A stretch of 64,000 nucleotides of DNA, taken from IMG/VR virus record IMGVR_UViG_3300020045_003852, positions 1 through 64,000 of that record. One strand, given 5' to 3'. The notes under the pieces are model-generated. The model was not told where the DNA came from. It made no database searches and saw nothing but the letters and a program-made list of their open reading frames with translations. The DNA comes from a virus. A program made the position numbers and the translations under genes. Positions 59,028 through 64,000 of this stretch are shown here, in pieces. Positions within the stretch are counted from its first letter, which is position 1; each line of letters starts with the position of its first letter.

Positions 59028-59122
59028 GTGAAATGTCTCCTAACGGAGCTTCTTTGATTTATGAGTTTATATTATTACAAATTAACGTACTCACACTACG
59101 TTTAATGCTAAATATCTAAACG

Positions 59123-59198
59123 TGGAGCATCCCATCGGCAACGATCCGATAACCTCTAGATTACAGGTCTAGTGCTCTGCCAATTGAGCTAGAGATGC
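59123..59198 (-). tRNA. tRNA-Thr(UGU), atypical (C33, ATCGTTG T-loop), CCA encoded
   Basis: GCATCTC-TA-GCTC AATTGGCA GAGC-A-CTAGA CCTGTAA TCTAG-AGGTT-ATCGG ATCGTTG CCGAT-GGGATGC-T-CCA. Confidence 0.85.
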
Positions 59199-59210
59199 GT
59201 AATTAATATG

Positions 59211-59780
59211 TGGCAGGAGATGATCCCTGCTTACTGGACGGCATACCAGTCTCATACCCGCAGTGTACCTTTCGGCCGACCGAGTGTGTATCATCACTAC
59301 ACAGTGCACATAACGGGTGGTGACTAATGTATCTGGTCGAATGCCTACACATATTCGGAGGCCGTAGAAGTCAACATTCGTTATGTTCCTACACCAAGGG
59401 TAATGTGTAAGAATGCTTATTTTCAAACCCACTTAGTTATTCCGTCATGTACACGAGGGCGATAGCCAAGTAATAAGTCTTTACGAGAATGACTCGTCGA
59501 TATTGGCGGAGGTGCCAATAAACCTCTTGCGAGGAAAGTGTTGATTACTCTTAACTTTTACTACTGACTCCTCCATTGTATTCCGCTTACAAAATGCGGA
59601 AACACCTTTTCGTAGTGTTTGCTCAAGATCACGCCGTATTCTTTATTTCATGACGCAACGGATTCGTCAAATTCTTCCATTAACGCAGGAAGTGATTACG
59701 ACCAAAGGGAAGGAGTTGCCCTTCAATATTAGCTGACTGCCAATTCTCTTTGCTACATCATCTACAAAGTGTTCTTCATT
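59211..59780 (-). ncRNA. large structured non-coding RNA (GOLLD/ROOL-like architecture, family unassigned)
   Basis: dedicated promoter, no credible ORF, more than 10 hairpins, long-range helix and loop-loop complementarities. Confidence 0.7.
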
Positions 59781-59788
59781 TAGATTAC

Positions 59789-59817
59789 ATTATAGCATTA
59801 CATTTCGCTATTGTCAA
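59789..59817 (-). promoter_or_regulatory. consensus sigma70 promoter for ncRNA/tRNA
   Basis: TTGACA-17-TGcTATAAT. Confidence 0.85.
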
Positions 59818-59836
59818 CATATTTCTACAATTATTT

Positions 59837-60259
59837 TCACATACTACGAATTGATGAAGAATCAAGGATAATCTCAGGGCAATATTTTGGCTGAGAATAG
59901 TCATCCCCTTCCTCTGTAACGTCTCTGATTTGCTTCTGTTGCGTTGCACGTTCTGCCAAAAGTAAACGAGATTGAGCAATTGCTCTACTTAAATTATCGC
60001 GGGAAATTTCAGAACTAACAGAAATACGACGATCAATCAAGAATTTAGCAGCATCAATCTTTAACTTTTGATCTGCTTTATCATCCTTAATAATGTCTTC
60101 AAGTAGTTTAAATGCTGCGTCTAAACTCTTGTCGGCTCTGCGTAGAACTTTCTGAAGATCATTCTTTCTTGCGAATGAAATTTGAGCGTTGGCCGGGATA
60201 AGGGCTGGCTCGGTTGAGTCTGAATCATTATCAAGTTCTTCGTTATTATTTGCTGTCAT
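59837..60259 (-). CDS. terminase small subunit (putative)
   Basis: 140-aa helical protein (A...L..II.D......KIDAAKFLI) upstream of terL; AAGGA RBS. Confidence 0.5.
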   Translation of the reverse strand: MTANNNEELDNDSDSTEPALIPANAQISFARKNDLQKVLRRADKSLDAAFKLLEDIIKDDKADQKLKIDAAKFLIDRRISVSSEISRDNLSRAIAQSRLLLAERATQQKQIRDVTEEGDDYSQPKYCPEIILDSSSIRSM

Positions 60260-60788
60260 TGTTATCCTTACCATCAATAGAAGGCGCTTGCGCAAGTAAT
60301 TTACTCTTGTCACTCGACCCCCTTGTTGTCCCAAACCAGAATGCTAACGCGCTTGAGAATCCCCCACTCAATTGTCCAATCATATATACAACAATATCCC
60401 TGTTTGTTGCAGGAACATCAAAATTGAGTAGTAGAACAAGTGTTGCTGTGAATGCTCCTACAACGAAACATGTTAGCAATGCTGGAATAATTGAATTAGT
60501 TGATGCTTGAAGTTTCCTAGCGTCTTGTGTATCTTGAGTGTATAACTGTTGTTCAGTAATGTCAAGTTCACGCATCTTAATTGCCAATGCATCTTCTGCT
60601 TGCTTAAGTTGTGTAATCTGTTCTGCTGTCAGAGAACCCTCAGAGAAGGCTTCCTTGACCTTATCTACAGTGGGTTGATCCATTCCCATCACCTTGCCGA
60701 TTGACTCGACTGCGAGGCCGGCTAATGGCCCCCCAAGGGCTGTTGCTAACGTAGGAGCAACTACTCCTATAATTGATTTCCAATCCAT
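60246..60788 (-). CDS. holin (3TM/GTA-holin-like)
   Basis: APTLATALGGPLAG N-terminus, D..DAR, two TM helices, F.FG...GS; adjacent to endolysin. Confidence 0.7.
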   Translation of the reverse strand: MDWKSIIGVVAPTLATALGGPLAGLAVESIGKVMGMDQPTVDKVKEAFSEGSLTAEQITQLKQAEDALAIKMRELDITEQQLYTQDTQDARKLQASTNSIIPALLTCFVVGAFTATLVLLLNFDVPATNRDIVVYMIGQLSGGFSSALAFWFGTTRGSSDKSKLLAQAPSIDGKDNNDSK

Positions 60789-60809
60789 TCGTGATTGCTC
60801 CTAAAATTA

Positions 60810-61337
60810 TTATGCAACGCCTAAGACACTCTTAGCTTTCTTATACAATGCTCTGCGTTCTTCTTGACCGTTAATTCCACCATTGACTACTCTCGTAATC
60901 TTATCAAATAATTGTTGGTCTGCCAATTCATTCAACTTATGTTCTTTCCACCACCAAGCAGCAGAACGTGTAGCATTTGGAATTGTCTCAAGAAGTTCAG
61001 GATTAGCAATGAAATCAATTCCCAATGCTTTGCTTACAGCAGAATAATTACTTCTGCCTGTAATTTGAATTAATCCTCTTCCTTTAAACTTAATACCATC
61101 GCCATGTTGTGTATTCCCTAAGTCTTTACGTCCTTCATATGCTGCTCCGCTTGCGATTTCACAAACGTAGCGTAGGCTTCCTGATTCATGTCCAATTTGG
61201 GCTAAGAAGGCTGCTTGTCTGAGTGGAGTATTAATTTCAAACTCTTCCATTGCCAAGTTTAATGCGGAAATGAAAGCATTGGCACGACTCTTTGAATATG
61301 GAAGAATTTGTTTTAGTTGTTCAAGTGTTATGTCCAT
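60810..61337 (-). CDS. endolysin, glycoside hydrolase family 19
   Basis: AFLAQIGHESG, GRGLIQITGR.NY, SAAWWW, VNGG.NG. Confidence 0.92.
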   Translation of the reverse strand: MDITLEQLKQILPYSKSRANAFISALNLAMEEFEINTPLRQAAFLAQIGHESGSLRYVCEIASGAAYEGRKDLGNTQHGDGIKFKGRGLIQITGRSNYSAVSKALGIDFIANPELLETIPNATRSAAWWWKEHKLNELADQQLFDKITRVVNGGINGQEERRALYKKAKSVLGVA

Positions 61338-61419
61338 TTTAATCTCCAGCAATAATAGAGGAGGCAGTGATAAACGGTAATACTACTTTTTTAATATCCA
61401 TTGTTGCCTCCTGTTATTT

Positions 61420-63513
61420 TTAAAAAGATGGTGGTACTAGGTTTTCTGGCTTTCTGGCTGCTACAGAAACAACTCCGTCAAAAATAGTAACAGAACTGAA
61501 AACACAAGACATATAACCCCCTGCACCTGTTCCTTGTCCATCACTGCCCATTTCAACAGTGTTACTAAGCATTGCAATTTGGGCTAATGTAGGAGTTGAA
61601 CCTGTTGTTGAAATTCCTTCAACACCGTTCACATTACAGAATGACCCATCTCCATTTGGTTGTTGTGGAGTACTAGATATACCAAAGAAAACAGTAGAAG
61701 GCTTTTCATACTCCATTCCGGCAGGGAGCGTCGTAGTTCCTGTAACGGCCACGCCACCAAATTCAGTTCCTGCACCAAAGTAATAATCTTGCGCTATGTC
61801 GTCTGCCCTGTCATCTGCACCACCGCCTATGCTCCCCGGTCTATGTGTTATACCAAACCTGTTTAGCCCATTATATTTGCAAGAAGATATGTAATAAAAA
61901 TCCCTCTTAGACGTTGAACTTGGGTTAAAAAGTGGGTAGTATTTAAATCCAATTGTTAAATCATTTCTTGAAGATGGAAAAATGGTTGTTGGGATAGAAA
62001 CAACATCCGCGTTTCTAATGATTACACTTCCTGCCGTATTTCCTATATAACTGGTTACATGATCATTCGCTTCTAACTGCGTTCCGCCAATAAGCAAAGT
62101 CAAACCGCTGTCTGTTGTGCTTCCATCTCCAGAAACAGCCGCAATGGAGAACAGCGGGGCAGTTGAACCACTAGCCCCACCTAGTGTTGAAAACCCGATT
62201 CTGTAGATATTGTTTATTCCTGTGGCCTTTATAACAACATCTGAAGATAGGACATTCTGCAAAGTTCCAACAGCGCCTGTTTCGATATTGAACCAAACCC
62301 TAGCAATGGTACTCCCATCTAAACGGGTTATGGATAAGTTGGCCCATTTTGCTGTTCCAATTTTTACGTAGGCACTAGCAGCAAGCATTAAATTGTTGGC
62401 TGCCGTAGGAACCGTTCCAGACCATGATTGTGAAATTTTATCTGTTACCGTATAAAACCTCCCATAGCCAATAGGATTATCTGTAGTTGTGCTTTGTAGT
62501 GGAGTCGTCGTTGAATACGACCATGCAGCGTTATTTAATGTAGAATTGTATAGTAATCTTTGTGTTGCTGAATATTCTCTTAGTAGCCCACTCACCTCTG
62601 ACTCAATTGGAGTTGGAGAGATTGTTTTTGTAGCAATCCCATTGAGGTCAACGCTCCAAGTATTTGTGAACGGTGAGTACATTACACCCTCCACACCAGC
62701 CCCAAGGTAGGGAGGGGCCGCACCAGATATGCCTCTTGCTAAGTAGTCCCCAGGGCTTCCGTCGGTTCCATCTGTGTTTTCAAGCTGTGAGCAAGCCGCA
62801 TTAAAAGAAAATGCTCCGCTAGTAACATTACTTATCGTTATTCTATGATTTGTTCCGTCGACAATAACACCTTGAATAGAGAAACGTTTTCTAGCTCCAG
62901 AGGTTGCGTCCACAATTTTTTCTGCCACAGTATAACTGTCGCTTGATCTTTCTATCCGCATCTTTAGGCTAGAACTAGACGCCCCCCATAGGTATATAGA
63001 AAATGTATGACGACCTTGTTCATATGGGGATGAGTTTAGTGTAATAAGGTTTATGCTGGACGATCCTGAGTAGGACAACAGCCCACCTCCTGTTGAGTTA
63101 GGTGTGAGTGTAGTAGATGCCCCAAGTGTCCACCCTGTTGTAAAGCCCTCTGAATCAGCAATCAAGTTTGATGTTCGTCTCGCCCCAATAAATCTTGCTT
63201 CCCCTGCCCTAACGTACCTGACCATCCCAACATAGTCTGTGGTAGTTGCCACTGTTGCCCTTGCAAGAGAAACCATCGTTCCTTGTACAGCAGAGTAGGC
63301 CGGTGAAAGAGAAGTTTTTAATGGAGCGTTAAATGTTGCCTTAGGAGTTTCAGGTGTAATATTAACAACAGCACTGCCATCTGCGTCAACAGGAACAAAC
63401 CCTGGAGGAAGACATCCAACCTTTGTGTTAGACGCAGATGAAGTAGCTTTAATAACAAGCCTACCGCTTGTATCAACAGGCCAACCAACTTGTTCTAGAA
63501 CGTGATCTATCAT
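61420..63513 (-). CDS. virion fibre/spike protein with carbohydrate-binding-like repeats
   Basis: Ser/Thr/Gly-rich beta protein; NLI..SE.F..W and QLE....TSYI.......RNAD motifs. Confidence 0.6.
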   Translation of the reverse strand: MIDHVLEQVGWPVDTSGRLVIKATSSASNTKVGCLPPGFVPVDADGSAVVNITPETPKATFNAPLKTSLSPAYSAVQGTMVSLARATVATTTDYVGMVRYVRAGEARFIGARRTSNLIADSEGFTTGWTLGASTTLTPNSTGGGLLSYSGSSSINLITLNSSPYEQGRHTFSIYLWGASSSSLKMRIERSSDSYTVAEKIVDATSGARKRFSIQGVIVDGTNHRITISNVTSGAFSFNAACSQLENTDGTDGSPGDYLARGISGAAPPYLGAGVEGVMYSPFTNTWSVDLNGIATKTISPTPIESEVSGLLREYSATQRLLYNSTLNNAAWSYSTTTPLQSTTTDNPIGYGRFYTVTDKISQSWSGTVPTAANNLMLAASAYVKIGTAKWANLSITRLDGSTIARVWFNIETGAVGTLQNVLSSDVVIKATGINNIYRIGFSTLGGASGSTAPLFSIAAVSGDGSTTDSGLTLLIGGTQLEANDHVTSYIGNTAGSVIIRNADVVSIPTTIFPSSRNDLTIGFKYYPLFNPSSTSKRDFYYISSCKYNGLNRFGITHRPGSIGGGADDRADDIAQDYYFGAGTEFGGVAVTGTTTLPAGMEYEKPSTVFFGISSTPQQPNGDGSFCNVNGVEGISTTGSTPTLAQIAMLSNTVEMGSDGQGTGAGGYMSCVFSSVTIFDGVVSVAARKPENLVPPSF

Positions 63514-63529
63514 ACATTACTCCTGAAAA

Positions 63530-64000
63530 TTAGGTTACTATACCGAATTGTGTTATCGTTTTAATTGTATTCTCACTTAGTGATTGCTTAAATGCGGCAA
63601 TGTTCTTGTGAAAAGACATGTTCTGAGGCATTGCTTGAACAATGTCTACTGTTGCCTCTGGATATAGACCAGCAGTTCTTGCTGCGATCTTTCCAATAAA
63701 CAGGGTTTCTGGCGGATAGTCCATTGTGTATTTCTTACTAGGAAACAACGGAATTGGGACGCTTTGCTTATGCATTTCTGTTCCATTTATGTATGCATAG
63801 TATTCTTCAGCTTTAACCATCCAAGCTGCCTTGTACTCGGCCATAAATCCCGCAGACGGCAGCAGTTCTGCACCAGAATAACACTCGTAGAATCCGCTAA
63901 TGCCATTATCTATGTTACATTGCCAACGGACTGTTCCATCCGCAGTTAGATTACTTGTTGTATCTGGTGGTGTTGTGTATGTTGTAACAAAGGTTGGGGC
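63530..64000 (-). CDS. 3' end of a gene running off the window (likely structural)
   Basis: frame of ORF 63530-63844 stays open to base 64000 (APTFVTTYTTPPDTTSNLTADGTVRWQC...). Confidence 0.7.
   Translation of the reverse strand, partial: APTFVTTYTTPPDTTSNLTADGTVRWQCNIDNGISGFYECYSGAELLPSAGFMAEYKAAWMVKAEEYYAYINGTEMHKQSVPIPLFPSKKYTMDYPPETLFIGKIAARTAGLYPEATVDIVQAMPQNMSFHKNIAAFKQSLSENTIKTITQFGIVT

Noticed and set aside
59156-59172. Reading the tRNA as Tyr(GUA)
   Set aside because: The perfect CTAGA/TCTAG stem fixes a 7-nt loop with UGU at 34-36; the variable arm is short and the acceptor pairs fit Thr.
59211-59230. CCA-ending hairpin as a second tRNA or tmRNA 3' end
   Set aside because: No T-arm or cloverleaf and no tag-reading-frame features; treated as part of the large ncRNA.
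59169-59432. 87-aa ORF upstream of and into the tRNA
   Set aside because: No clear RBS, it runs into the tRNA, and the region is dominated by RNA stems.
59525-59545. GAGGAAAGT resembling the RNase P RNA 5' conserved region
   Set aside because: It lies on the strand opposite the promoter, is not followed by CC, and has no matching 3' CGGCUUA element.
1-64000. Alternative genetic code, diversity-generating retroelement or Z-genome
   Set aside because: Core genes are intact in code 11; no reverse transcriptase, template/variable repeat pair or purZ is seen in this window.

Overview
This window is about 64 kb of a tailed dsDNA bacteriophage genome (siphovirus morphology with lambda-like L/K/I/J tail tip). 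A Gram-negative host is likely, and no integrase or repressor is seen. Layout: (1) 1-2400, a more GC-rich leftward cluster of small early-type genes, closed by a non-coding block with two sigma54-like boxes and a phased AGATAA repeat array (candidate genome end/pac or origin); (2) 3-14 kb, leftward accessory and nucleotide-metabolism genes (ThyX, DenV, class II RNR split by a group I intron, dCMP deaminase); (3) a divergent promoter region plus a structured non-coding segment at about 14.0-14.6 kb; (4) 14.6-35.7 kb, the rightward replication module (MTase, SleB-like hydrolase, primase-helicase, family B DNA polymerase, SSB, exonucleases, PAPS-reductase-like and NTP-pyrophosphatase-like genes); (5) 35.7-64 kb, the leftward virion, packaging and lysis module. 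The most notable signals are a roughly 570-nt highly structured non-coding RNA co-transcribed with an atypical tRNA-Thr, a terL group I intron that appears to end in A instead of the canonical omega-G, four free-standing homing endonucleases that overlap the start of the next core gene (one with a pseudoknot leader over its RBS), and a DenV gene that needs an ATC start codon. All calls come from reading motifs by eye; no database searches were run.
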